Origin: a virus
IMG/VR virus record: IMGVR_UViG_3300028772_000005
Reading direction: 5' to 3' (one strand)
Length of the DNA: 31,629 nucleotides
The notes under the pieces are model-generated. The model saw only the letters and a program-made list of their open reading frames with translations. It did not search any database and had not been told where the DNA came from. The position numbers were made by a program, and so were the translations under genes. Below, in pieces: positions 1 to 8,108 of the stretch (position 1 is the first letter of the stretch; the number at the start of each line of letters is the position of its first letter).

Positions 1-127
1 TTTCAGTGTTGAGAAAACAGGAGAACCACTTGGCGTTTTTGGAGATATTATGCTAACAAACCCGCTCTTACTCATGCCGTTTTTTTGGCAACTCAGGGCT
101 ATGTTATAGAGTCGTTGGTATGGCTCG
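1..127. repeat. Terminal direct repeat, copy 1 (identical to 31503..31629)
   Basis: Read by eye: TTTCAGTGTTGAGAAAACAGGAGAACC...GAGTCGTTGGTATGGCTCG is present at both window ends. 127 bp, no mismatch seen. Confidence 0.95.
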
Positions 128-576
128 CACTTCCAATAGATAGTATTTTCTCCGCAATAAACATTAGGCTCGTCAAACCTGAATATTTCCGCATTTGGAT
201 AGCCATTAATTATTATCTTATCAATTGTCTTAGTATAATTTCTATACGATACATAATAAATAACCCCATCTATTCTTGCAAACACAGCAAGTCCAACCTT
301 TAAATAATCGTTTAGGGCTGCGCTTGAATATTTTGATAACACTTTTAAGAATTGAATATATTGAAAGTTGGTAGCGTTGATTAGGTCTGTTGATCTCCAA
401 TTAGTACCATTTAGTAGATCGGTTCGATAATCTTTGATTTGAGAGTATAAATTGAACTCATCTATAACATATCCGATGCCAGTTCCATAAAAATGATTAG
501 CTAAATTTCCGGATCTACCAAGCTCGAATTGGCTTGGTGTTCTTTTATTTCCGAATGAAAAGTTAAATATTGCCAT
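1..576 (-). CDS. Portal protein (HK97-like), N-terminal 192 codons. The gene runs off the left edge and continues at 31502..30924 once the overlap is collapsed.
   Basis: Hand translation from the minus-strand ATG at 576 gives MAIFNFSFGNKRTPSQFELGRSGNLANHFYGTGIGYVIDEF..., open to base 1. The last residues, ...YQRLYNIALSCQKNGMSKSG, read directly into ORF 30924..31577 (MSKSGFVS...). The frames agree after the 31502-bp offset. The joined product is about 384 aa and sits between terminase and prohead protease. Confidence 0.8.
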   Translation of the reverse strand, partial: MAIFNFSFGNKRTPSQFELGRSGNLANHFYGTGIGYVIDEFNLYSQIKDYRTDLLNGTNWRSTDLINATNFQYIQFLKVLSKYSSAALNDYLKVGLAVFARIDGVIYYVSYRNYTKTIDKIIINGYPNAEIFRFDEPNVYCGENTIYWKCEPYQRLYNIALSCQKNGMSKSGFVSIISPKTPSGSPVFSTLK

Positions 577-597
577 TGTTATAGATTGTTTTCGTTG

Positions 598-605
598 CAA
601 ATATA
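598..605 (-). promoter_or_regulatory. Candidate -7 box TATATTTG (TAnnTTTG type) between terL and portal
   Basis: Forward CAAATATA lies inside GTTGCAAATATAG. The TAtATTTGCA core is the same as at 2266, 2517 and 16446. It is only about 22 nt from the portal ATG, so it may be coincidental. Confidence 0.3.
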
Positions 606-634
606 GTTATATTTTTATTACAATCATAATTTTA

Positions 635-1822
635 TCAAAAAAGTATTTTTAATTCACCAAAAACTAAAATATATGCCATGATCGCATTGTTAAGACAGTC
701 GATATTGTCATCCCTTTCACAATCAATCTTAAATATATAGATCTGATTTGCGTATTCTCGGTTCTGTGGGGTATCAATTATGAATAATTTTTGTGTTAAT
801 ACATCAAAGTTAGCCATGATTCGCTCAAATTTATCCGCCCGGCTGTTCCAACTATCTACTGGTATTTGAGATGATACACAGTCATTATAGAACTTTAACC
901 CAATTTGACCATTAGTTTCGATAAATGTTCTGATCACCGGATAATCTCTTTGCCACTCTTTAATTTTTTCGGCTAATAATACCTTTTCAATTTTATTTCT
1001 CGATATACTATCAATTAAATAAACGTTACCGCTCATATCGGTAGCAGTCAATGTAAGCGCAAAATTATCACCACCCTTAGCATTAGACGGGTCAGCAAAG
1101 ATAATGTAGTTATGAAGACCTATTGGCTTAACGCTTGTAAAGTGTATGTTTTCCGTTGTGAATATCTCCCCGGTTATCTCTGCAAATATGCCTTCACACA
1201 TCACCTGCCATCGCCAATAATCATAGGAGCCTATTTCAGATGCTTGTCCTTTCTTTGTCCACTCCAGGAATAAGTTAATTTGATTAGTGGTTAGGAAGGG
1301 GTTATCTTTCCAGGTGGTTTTCAGAAAGTTTGTTTCAGTTATTAGGTCGTTAATCCAAAATTCACGGTACGGGTTGTAGTCAAAAAACATTTGACCCCGG
1401 TTGTTAATCATTAATTTCTCAACCGTATCTTTTGAAAATGTGTTGCATTCGTTAATATAGCGAATATCACACGCCCCCAGGGAGTTGGCTATGTTGTTTG
1501 CGTTGGTATTATCAGCGATATTTATAAAGGCGAGCTCGTTATTTTTGTATTGGAAAGTTTTTCTCGTCTCGTTAACCTTAATTTTATGTAAAATTGGGTT
1601 AAATATTTGTTTAAAATCAGACATTAAACCAAAGTTTTGTTGCTTTGGGGACTCTGAAAACATTTGAAACTTCTTAAAATTGGTGGATAAGAAATCAATT
1701 CCGTTATGTTGGAGGATGGAGAATGTTTTTCCGGATCGTTTAGACCCCTGGATTATGACAAGGGGTTCGTTTTTTGTTGCTTCAAAAAAATCTCTATACT
1801 TTTTTATAACATTAATTTGCAT
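635..1822 (-). CDS. terL: Terminase large subunit (PBSX/Terminase_3-like)
   Basis: 395 aa. Walker A is QGSKRSGKTFS and a Walker B-like CDIRYINE follows. The C-terminal nuclease-like acidic motifs are IIFADPS, FIETNG and DDNIDCLNNA. The start overlaps the terS stop at 1822. Confidence 0.85.
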   Translation of the reverse strand: MQINVIKKYRDFFEATKNEPLVIIQGSKRSGKTFSILQHNGIDFLSTNFKKFQMFSESPKQQNFGLMSDFKQIFNPILHKIKVNETRKTFQYKNNELAFINIADNTNANNIANSLGACDIRYINECNTFSKDTVEKLMINNRGQMFFDYNPYREFWINDLITETNFLKTTWKDNPFLTTNQINLFLEWTKKGQASEIGSYDYWRWQVMCEGIFAEITGEIFTTENIHFTSVKPIGLHNYIIFADPSNAKGGDNFALTLTATDMSGNVYLIDSISRNKIEKVLLAEKIKEWQRDYPVIRTFIETNGQIGLKFYNDCVSSQIPVDSWNSRADKFERIMANFDVLTQKLFIIDTPQNREYANQIYIFKIDCERDDNIDCLNNAIMAYILVFGELKILF

Positions 1823-2244
1823 TATTCGACAATTTTAATAGTAATTTCATTGTCGGTTCCGTCATTTTCAGATATTGGGGTATTTCCGTATTTCTTCGGA
1901 TTCATTCTTGAGGCAACCCATTTACGAGCATCTATTTTTAGTCGCCTATGTTCTGTCATGTCTCCGGTTTCGGTTATTAATCCTTTCGGGGTATCTTTTG
2001 TCTTTGTACCCTCTTCGGTGGTATCTGCAATATCTATAATTTCTTCGAATAACACATCAGCCCTAATGTCACGTGCGTACTTATAACGCTCTTTAAATGG
2101 GTCACTTTTCGTTAACCATCTATAAAAAGTCATTAGATTTATTTCGCTTTCTTCAATTGCTTTGTTAAAAGATGTTTTATTATTAACAACTTTATCACAT
2201 ATTTCATTGAATATCTTTTGCTTTTGCTTTACTGTATAAGCCAT
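1822..2244 (-). CDS. terS: Terminase small subunit
   Basis: 140 aa. It has an N-terminal HTH-like segment, then YKYARDIRADVLFEEIIDIAD...RRLKIDARKWVASRMNPKKYG, the pattern typical of phage small terminases. It lies immediately upstream of terL. Confidence 0.75.
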   Translation of the reverse strand: MAYTVKQKQKIFNEICDKVVNNKTSFNKAIEESEINLMTFYRWLTKSDPFKERYKYARDIRADVLFEEIIDIADTTEEGTKTKDTPKGLITETGDMTEHRRLKIDARKWVASRMNPKKYGNTPISENDGTDNEITIKIVE

Positions 2245-2265
2245 TTAGGTAGATTTATTTAAATG

Positions 2266-2273
2266 CAAATGTA
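2266..2273 (-). promoter_or_regulatory. Candidate late -7 box TACATTTG upstream of terS
   Basis: Forward CAAATGTA lies inside AATGCAAATGTAC and matches the TAnnTTTG consensus of Bacteroidota sigma-A promoters. It is about 22 nt upstream of the terS ATG. Confidence 0.4.
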
Positions 2274-2398
2274 CAAAATTATTTTAATAGTGGTAATTTA
2301 AATGAATAATGTATGTGGGTTTTGATCGGAATATTATTTTTATAATGCAAATAATAAATAATATTAACTAAAATTTTATCTGATAATTAGCATTTTAC

Positions 2399-2423
2399 AA
2401 TATTATTAACTAATATTATTAAC
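2399..2423. repeat. Tandem direct repeat AATATTATTAAC (2399-2410 and 2412-2423); a related AATAATATTAAC lies at 2357-2368
   Basis: Read directly in the AT-rich divergent intergenic region 2245-2586. Operator- or iteron-like. Confidence 0.6.
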
Positions 2424-2516
2424 ATATTATTATGAAGAAAATAATATTTTTCGGGGTGTTCATAACTATTTTTAAAAAATAAGCGGAGAAATAGTACTAA
2501 TGTTATAAAATTGTCT

Positions 2517-2524
2517 TATATTTG
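2517..2524 (+). promoter_or_regulatory. Candidate early -7 box TATATTTG (in TTATATTTGCATC)
   Basis: Matches TAnnTTTG. It is 63-93 nt upstream of the first plus-strand gene. Confidence 0.45.
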
Positions 2525-2586
2525 CATCGCCTTTAGGATTAAGCCAAAAGGAGTATTGTTATAGAATAGTTTAGCCATTTGAATAG

Positions 2587-2769
2587 ATGGTAATTTTTTA
2601 CATTAAAAATTTGAAAATGAATAAAGTTAATATATCTGGAAATGTATATCTGTCTATCCCCGACTATGCGGAATATTGTGATGTAACCGTTGCAACTGTT
2701 TATAATTGGATTAAAGATGGTAAGGTAGAAACGAGAAAGCTATTAAATACTACGTTTATAAAGCTGTAG
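2587..2769 (+). CDS. Small helix-turn-helix DNA-binding protein (excisionase/MerR-like HTH_17 type); likely true start at 2617 (MNKVNISG...)
   Basis: LSIPDYAEYCDVTVATVYNWIKDGKVETRKL is a typical Xis/AlpA-type HTH. It is the first gene of the early arm. Confidence 0.6.
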   Translation: MVIFYIKNLKMNKVNISGNVYLSIPDYAEYCDVTVATVYNWIKDGKVETRKLLNTTFIKL

Positions 2770-2812
2770 TATTTTTTGGCAAAACTAATTATAAAAATTT
2801 TAAAAAAATGAT

Positions 2813-3187
2813 ATGATTGAAAACGAGATTTGGAAAGATACACCCGGGTACAGGGGAATTTATCAGGTTAGTAATTTTGGAAGGATTAAAAGTTTTAAGT
2901 GTAAAAATGAAAAAATACTTAATTGTAGTTCTGATCTGGAAGGGTATACAAAAACTACACTTACTGGTAAACATGGAACATTGAGAGTAGTATATATTCA
3001 TCAAATAGTTGCAGAAAATTTTGTACTTAACACAAAAATAAAAAGACTAAAATTAAAAAAGCGCATGGTCGTAGATCATATTGACGGCAATAGATCGAAT
3101 AATAGGAAAGATAATTTAAGATATGTAAGTTATTCGTTTAATTTATTTCAAGGGTTTAGAAAAGATAGAGGTTTCGCATATTGTTAA
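2813..3187 (+). CDS. HNH homing-type endonuclease with NUMOD4 N-terminal motif
   Basis: EIWKDTPGYRGIYQVSNFGRIKS is a NUMOD4 signature. VVDHIDGNRSNNRKDNLRYV is an HNH_3 signature. At 124 aa it is short for the family. Confidence 0.75.
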   Translation: MIENEIWKDTPGYRGIYQVSNFGRIKSFKCKNEKILNCSSDLEGYTKTTLTGKHGTLRVVYIHQIVAENFVLNTKIKRLKLKKRMVVDHIDGNRSNNRKDNLRYVSYSFNLFQGFRKDRGFAYC

Positions 3188-3882
3188 ATTATTATATCAT
3201 GATAAAAATTAGCGATACAGAATACTTTTCAAACGATAGGAGTATTCGATTCTTACAAGGGGACTGCAATGAGTTTATGGCAGGATTGAAAGATAATGAG
3301 TTTGATTTGAATTTGAGTGACCCACCGTACGGGATAGGAGTTACAAAAATGAATATGGGAGGAAGAAAAACCATAAAACCGAATAAAATACAATCATGGG
3401 ATAATTGGACTCCTGATTTAAGTTGGTTTAATTTGTGTAAATTAACTGCAGATAATTACATTATTTTTGGTGGTAATTATTTTGAATGGTCGACTATTTA
3501 TAATCCAAAACTTAAAAGAGTAGTTGATTTTAAAAAATACGATGGTATAATATGGGATAAAGGCGAGACTCTTTTAGGGCGTGATTTTTCAGAGGCTGAA
3601 ATTGCTTTTACTAATTTGAAAAATGGAATTTATAAATTAAGTCCAAATCAATTAGATAGAATACACGTCACCCAAAAGCCCATTGACCTATACCGTTGGA
3701 TTATTCAAAACTACACCAAACCAACAGATACTATCCTCGATTGTTTTGGTGGAAGTATGTCCAACGCCATAGCTTGCCACATGGAGCGCAGAAACTTAAC
3801 CATATTGGAGTTAGATCAAGACTACTTTAAAAGTGCCTTAGAACGCTTTAGAATTTACGAAAGTCAATTAACCTTATTTTAA
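3181..3882 (+). CDS. DNA methyltransferase, N6-adenine/N4-cytosine family (beta class); probable start at 3199
   Basis: Motif IV LSDPPYG comes first. TQKPIDLYRWII and motif I ILDCFGGSMSNAIA follow. This order is typical of PF01555-type enzymes, and DPPY favours m6A. No cognate restriction gene was seen. Confidence 0.8.
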   Translation: MLNYYIMIKISDTEYFSNDRSIRFLQGDCNEFMAGLKDNEFDLNLSDPPYGIGVTKMNMGGRKTIKPNKIQSWDNWTPDLSWFNLCKLTADNYIIFGGNYFEWSTIYNPKLKRVVDFKKYDGIIWDKGETLLGRDFSEAEIAFTNLKNGIYKLSPNQLDRIHVTQKPIDLYRWIIQNYTKPTDTILDCFGGSMSNAIACHMERRNLTILELDQDYFKSALERFRIYESQLTLF

Positions 3883-3895
3883 AATATAACATATA

Positions 3896-4306
3896 ATGAG
3901 CAACTACGACAGTTTAGAGGTTATGAAGTTGAAAAAACTCATAGCCGGGAAAGAAAAGTATTTATCAACTATATCTCCGGACAAAGAGTATGCCTTTCAG
4001 ATGATGCAAAACGAAATACTTTTTCTAAAAAATGATGTTCTACCCGTACTTCTCAAAAATACGAGCATTCAACATCAATCTTTTGTAAATTACGCAGTAT
4101 CTAAATATGATAAAGCAATAGGATTTAAAGCAAATGGAATACTGATTTACTATCCTATAGATGAGAATTATACCGATAGTCCAATAGTCGGAATTGCAAA
4201 CCTTAGAGCCAATCAAAACTTTGGAACATTCGGAGCAATGGAAGTATACATCGATAATATGGACGGTAACGGAGTCAAAGTTAAACCTTTAAATTTAAAC
4301 TTATGA
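3896..4306 (+). CDS. Hypothetical protein
   Basis: 136-aa ORF in the early operon. Its stop overlaps the next start (ATGA at 4303). No motif recognised. Confidence 0.5.
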   Translation: MSNYDSLEVMKLKKLIAGKEKYLSTISPDKEYAFQMMQNEILFLKNDVLPVLLKNTSIQHQSFVNYAVSKYDKAIGFKANGILIYYPIDENYTDSPIVGIANLRANQNFGTFGAMEVYIDNMDGNGVKVKPLNLNL

Positions 4307-5754
4307 TTGATGAGGTAGAAGTAGAAGTAGAAGTATTTGATTTTTCGGCACCACAGAAACAAAAACAGAATTTAAAGGAAAATACCATATTATCAAAAGT
4401 AAATGAGTTGATGTGTTGGGATGCATACCCCGAAGAAACTCACAAAGATGTATTCATCCGAAACGGCAATAGACTAAACGATTTGCCGAGCTCTGAGATT
4501 ATAGATATAGTTTATATCGGTGGGATTCACAAATGGGCTGAGAGCTTAAATGTGGGCTCACAAGAGTATCTTTATGAGTCGATAGTAACAGCGATGCGCA
4601 AATGTATATCCGAGCCGGTTTTTTATGACAAAAAGAAAATAGATAGTTTTCCTGTTCTCTCAAACTTCTTTTATTATTGTCAACGCTTGGATCGGGCCGG
4701 AAAAATTGCAAGTGAAGCAGAATCAATAGCAGATATAAGCTGGAACGGTGTAATCTGCCGGCGCAACCTTGCTGAAAATGTGGCAAAGATATTTAAGGAA
4801 AAGCCGGATCACAAAAAATATTTAGAAGCAGTCTCAAAAATTCGTAAAATTTGGGGATTCACTGAAAAAGAGGTTGACGCACTTCGCTATTATGTTTGTC
4901 AGGTAAGACATGATCGGCATAATCCATCGATGAACAAATGCATTTATTTGTGGAGCAAATCAAAACAGACGGGTAAAACTACAATAGCCAGGGCAATAGT
5001 TACCATCCTGAACGGGGATAAGTTTGATTATTACGGGAAATATGAAAGTACATTGAGTACTGAAATGTCATACAATGATCACGATTTACCCCTGGCAGCC
5101 CTGTACAATGCCGTTCTACTTGATGAAGCAATGCCGAAAGATACTAAAAAATCTTATGGGGCAATAAAAAGGATATTAACTTCAAGCTCCTGTAACTATA
5201 ATCCAAAATTCAGACAGGTTATTAATATTAAGTGTAAACGCTTTTATTTTTTCACTTCCAATGATGATATAATTGATTTCGTGCAGGATGATAGCGAGCG
5301 CAGATTTTTTGCCATTAATATAGAAGCAAAGCCGGAACAATTAAGTTTCGATGATATTTATAGTTTATGGTTGCAATTCTGCACAAACGCAACCCCGGAA
5401 AGTGACTGGCAAAAGTGGTACGATTCTTTTGATTTTGTTGATGGATTAGCAACCAAGGATTGCAATGAGATAAAGAACGAAATACTGCTTAATTCAGATT
5501 CCTTATTCGGGATCGGATCGGGAACGTATACGACAGTAAAAAAAGTATCAAGTAGTCTATTCAAGAACGAACCAACCCGGGAGCAAAAAAAATCGGTTGG
5601 AGAAGCGATGACAGAATTATTCTCAAGCTGCAGACTTGAAAGCAATAAGGCGTACTACTCAATTTCAATGTGCAGGCAAAAGGCGTCCTCCATTGGTGAG
5701 CTTGTAGGAGAAGAAGCTCCGGAAGTTGAAAGTAAAAATCTATTTCCGTTTTAA
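4303..5754 (+). CDS. SF3-type replicative helicase / replication initiator (P4/D5/VirE-like P-loop NTPase)
   Basis: Walker A is SKSKQTGKTTIARAI, Walker B is AVLLDEA, and SF3 motif C is FYFFTSND. The roughly 200-aa N-terminal domain is unassigned. The acidic C-terminus ends in NLFPF. Confidence 0.7.
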   Translation: MIDEVEVEVEVFDFSAPQKQKQNLKENTILSKVNELMCWDAYPEETHKDVFIRNGNRLNDLPSSEIIDIVYIGGIHKWAESLNVGSQEYLYESIVTAMRKCISEPVFYDKKKIDSFPVLSNFFYYCQRLDRAGKIASEAESIADISWNGVICRRNLAENVAKIFKEKPDHKKYLEAVSKIRKIWGFTEKEVDALRYYVCQVRHDRHNPSMNKCIYLWSKSKQTGKTTIARAIVTILNGDKFDYYGKYESTLSTEMSYNDHDLPLAALYNAVLLDEAMPKDTKKSYGAIKRILTSSSCNYNPKFRQVINIKCKRFYFFTSNDDIIDFVQDDSERRFFAINIEAKPEQLSFDDIYSLWLQFCTNATPESDWQKWYDSFDFVDGLATKDCNEIKNEILLNSDSLFGIGSGTYTTVKKVSSSLFKNEPTREQKKSVGEAMTELFSSCRLESNKAYYSISMCRQKASSIGELVGEEAPEVESKNLFPF

Positions 5755-5758
5755 TCAA

Positions 5759-5822
5759 TTGAAAATAAATTATTCTTTTAACATATCTTCTTTGGTAATG
5801 TTAGTTTAAAGATATATTTTTG
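5759..5822 (+). promoter_or_regulatory. Conserved 24-bp element (copy A, 5759-5782) plus promoter: -33 TTTG (5791-5794) and -7 TATTTTTG (5815-5822)
   Basis: TTGAAAATAAATTATTCTTTTAAC matches 21/24 with copy B (7477). The spacer between -33 and -7 is 20 nt. It lies upstream of the gene at 5867. Confidence 0.55.
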
Positions 5823-5866
5823 TCTCACTAATTAATCAAACCACAAACAATTAAAATTAATAAATT

Positions 5867-6064
5867 ATGAATGCTAAAAATCCAAAGTTCGCCATACCAC
5901 CGAAAGGATGTTGTAATTATTTAACACCTGGTAAAAAATATAGAATAATAGAAATTAACGGGTTATACTTTTCTTTGGATTTAGAAGAAAACGGGAAAGC
6001 CTATTGTAGGACAAAAGATTGTTGTCATTTAAACGGTAAAAATTGGATATTACGTAATAAATAA
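5867..6064 (+). CDS. Small Cys-rich hypothetical protein
   Basis: 65 aa with GCCNY and CRTKDCCH motifs. It is the first gene after promoter copy A. Confidence 0.45.
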   Translation: MNAKNPKFAIPPKGCCNYLTPGKKYRIIEINGLYFSLDLEENGKAYCRTKDCCHLNGKNWILRNK

Positions 6065-6069
6065 ACACC

Positions 6070-6183
6070 ATGAGAACAAACTACACACCTCTAATTTTTG
6101 CATCATTGCTATTGTTGGCGATAATTGCATTTTACATCAAAAACGAATTTTCAAAACAAAGTAAGAAACGAATTAAAAAATAG
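6070..6183 (+). CDS. Possible 37-aa single-pass membrane peptide
   Basis: Hand translation gives MRTNYTPLIFASLLLLAIIAFYIKNEFSKQSKKRIKK. It is not in the ORF track because it is under 60 aa. It fills the gap between neighbouring genes and competes with the 5' extension of ORF 6125. Confidence 0.3.
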   Translation: MRTNYTPLIFASLLLLAIIAFYIKNEFSKQSKKRIKK

Positions 6184-6184
6184 A

Positions 6185-6454
6185 ATGAAAGATAAAAGAA
6201 TTTTCATTGCTCCGGGATGTACCGGGAGAATTGAAGGAGTTAAGGTGTTGGCAAAAGAAGTGGGCGTAAATAACCCAAACGACATAAGACCGTGTGTTAG
6301 GTGTTTATTTGAATGTACAGGACTTTGCTTTGCAACTCATAGAGATAACAAGCTAAAACTTACAATCACAAAACAACTACCAACACGCCCTTGCTGTTTT
6401 GGTAATGATCCGGAGAATCTTAGTAATAAACCACTTTATTTTGTGAAAGAATGA
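6185..6454 (+). CDS. Small Cys-rich hypothetical protein (track ORF 6125..6454, trimmed to the internal ATG)
   Basis: MKDKRIFIAPGCTG...CVRCLFECTGLCF...PCCFG. The ATG at 6185 lies 1 nt after the stop of the 6070 peptide. Confidence 0.45.
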   Translation: MKDKRIFIAPGCTGRIEGVKVLAKEVGVNNPNDIRPCVRCLFECTGLCFATHRDNKLKLTITKQLPTRPCCFGNDPENLSNKPLYFVKE

Positions 6455-6765
6455 AAACAATTAAAGAGTCAGCAAGTATTCATGCAATGTCGCTAGATGG
6501 CGGAATAAGTCGATGTAAATTAAATTCATTTAAAGCCGGTGTTTCACTTGCACAACGTTGGATTCCGGTTGATGAAGATCTTCCGGAAATCGATGAAATT
6601 GTTCAGGTAAAAGTATTAGCTTCAGGTACGAAAGATAGCCCGAAATCAGAAACTTTTTATGATCATGATAAGTTGATTGTAAAAGAAAAAGAGATGTTTT
6701 TATTCTCAATTGAGCAACAATGTGGGCTAAAAGTTATTTCATGGAGACCAATAGAACTAAAATAA
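6451..6765 (+). CDS. Hypothetical protein, DUF551-like
   Basis: RWIPVDEDLPEIDEIVQVKV resembles the W-I/V-x-V-x-D-x-LPE signature of phage DUF551 proteins. Its ATGA overlaps the previous gene. Confidence 0.45.
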   Translation: MKTIKESASIHAMSLDGGISRCKLNSFKAGVSLAQRWIPVDEDLPEIDEIVQVKVLASGTKDSPKSETFYDHDKLIVKEKEMFLFSIEQQCGLKVISWRPIELK

Positions 6766-6781
6766 ATAATAATTAACCAAA

Positions 6782-7030
6782 ATGAAAAATCAAAAAAAAA
6801 TATTATCGATAGATGAAATGGAATCGATAAAAGGTATCAAGCAAGACACTTTGACCTGGTACACTTCCGTGGCAGAGGAAATCTATAAAGATTATCCTGC
6901 TATCCGACTTACCGACTCGCAGCTCGCAAAACTAATCGTCTTAAAGTACAAAGGCGTTGAAGCAACCCACGTGACCAACATACGACGCACCAGGTGCAAT
7001 GATAAGTCACGGCCTTATGTTTCTAAATAA
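6782..7030 (+). CDS. Hypothetical protein
   Basis: 82-aa ORF, co-oriented and tightly packed. No motif recognised. Confidence 0.45.
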   Translation: MKNQKKILSIDEMESIKGIKQDTLTWYTSVAEEIYKDYPAIRLTDSQLAKLIVLKYKGVEATHVTNIRRTRCNDKSRPYVSK

Positions 7031-7038
7031 TTATAGTT

Positions 7039-7449
7039 ATGTTGTGTATAAAGTGCCATCAAAATGAGTCAGAAAAGCATCGTAAAACATGCTCCCGCTG
7101 TAATTACATTCAGAAAAAGAAATCAAACCCAATCCGCATCGCCTATACTTCGCTAAAGTACCATGCAAAAGAACGCGGAAAAGAATTTTCTTTAACAATT
7201 GATCAATTCAAAGAATTTTGTGTTAAATCGAACTACTTAAATTGCAAGGGTATTGAAAAGAATAGTTTCCATATTGACAGGATAGATGAAAGCAAGGGCT
7301 ACGAAATCGGAAACATTCAGCTACTTACCAATACTGAAAATGTCAGGAAATACATTAAGTTCGTAGAAGTTAATAGACAAGGAAAGAGAATTTTTACCAC
7401 GGAAACTAATTTAAAATTGCGCCACGTCGTAAATTCAGCACCATTCTAA
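7039..7449 (+). CDS. Zn-ribbon protein with a possible HNH-like nuclease-related domain
   Basis: The N-terminal CxxC...CxxC is CIKCH...CSRCN. The segment HIDRIDESKGYEIGNIQLLTNTEN resembles xDRIDxxxGYxxGN motifs of phage HNH-annotated proteins. The assignment is weak. Confidence 0.35.
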   Translation: MLCIKCHQNESEKHRKTCSRCNYIQKKKSNPIRIAYTSLKYHAKERGKEFSLTIDQFKEFCVKSNYLNCKGIEKNSFHIDRIDESKGYEIGNIQLLTNTENVRKYIKFVEVNRQGKRIFTTETNLKLRHVVNSAPF

Positions 7450-7476
7450 CTTTAATTTGTTAAATCTTTCATGTTA

Positions 7477-7500
7477 TTGAAAATATATTTATCTTTTAAC
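7477..7500 (+). promoter_or_regulatory. Conserved 24-bp element, copy B (TTGAAAATATATTTATCTTTTAAC)
   Basis: Matches 21/24 with copy A and 21/24 with copy C. The downstream -33/-7 boxes are degenerate here (TTGC ... ACTTTTAC). Confidence 0.45.
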
Positions 7501-7577
7501 ATTAAATAATTGCATATGTCATTTTGAAACTGTACTTTTACAGGGTCAATAAGACAAACCAACTAAAACATAGTATT

Positions 7578-7766
7578 ATGAGCACATTAGTCTTTTCAAC
7601 TCAAATTAATAACATTGGTATGTTTTTAATCAATTCTAAAACATCTTTTTCTTATGATAAAGAAAAGAATGTTATTATCGTAAACCATGGTATTTCTATC
7701 GTAATGGATTTATTATTATCTTTCGGATTACGCAAAAATGATTTTTATTTAGAAAAGTTTATCTAA
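7578..7766 (+). CDS. Hypothetical protein (track ORF 7524..7766; the internal ATG at 7578 is more plausible)
   Basis: The 62-80 aa ORF follows element copy B. No motif recognised. Confidence 0.35.
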   Translation: MSTLVFSTQINNIGMFLINSKTSFSYDKEKNVIIVNHGISIVMDLLLSFGLRKNDFYLEKFI

Positions 7767-8108
7767 TTCTCAATAACTGCCCTATCGTGCTTCACGGGGA
7801 TTAAAAAAAATAAAGTTATGTACTCAATAACGGCGTCAGAAAAAAAAAGAAGCTAAACGCAACTCAAGAATTTTTTATGAATATCGTTGCAGCTATTGTA
7901 AATAACCATTATTAGATGGAGAGTATAAAATACATGATGATTGTAAAATTAGAGAACAAGAAGAATACGACTTTTACAACAAAGAGCAAGAACCATGTTA
8001 ATGTTATCGATAATCACATACTCACTATTCACAATCTTCTGTGTGATAGCCGTTAAATCAGATTCTAAAATCAATTAACAAATACTAATCATTAAAAAAT
8101 CAAATCCT

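Noticed and set aside
85-303. Plus-strand ORF of 72 aa at the left end
   Set aside because: It lies wholly antisense to the uninterrupted portal reading frame (576..1). Its composition is hydrophobic and low-complexity, as expected of an antisense artefact.
4312-4335. Hexanucleotide repeat (GAGGTA GAAGTA GAAGTA GAAGTA) at the 5' end of the helicase gene
   Set aside because: It has only four units, stays in frame and encodes EVEVEVEV in a probably disordered N-terminus. It might vary in length, but nothing suggests a function.
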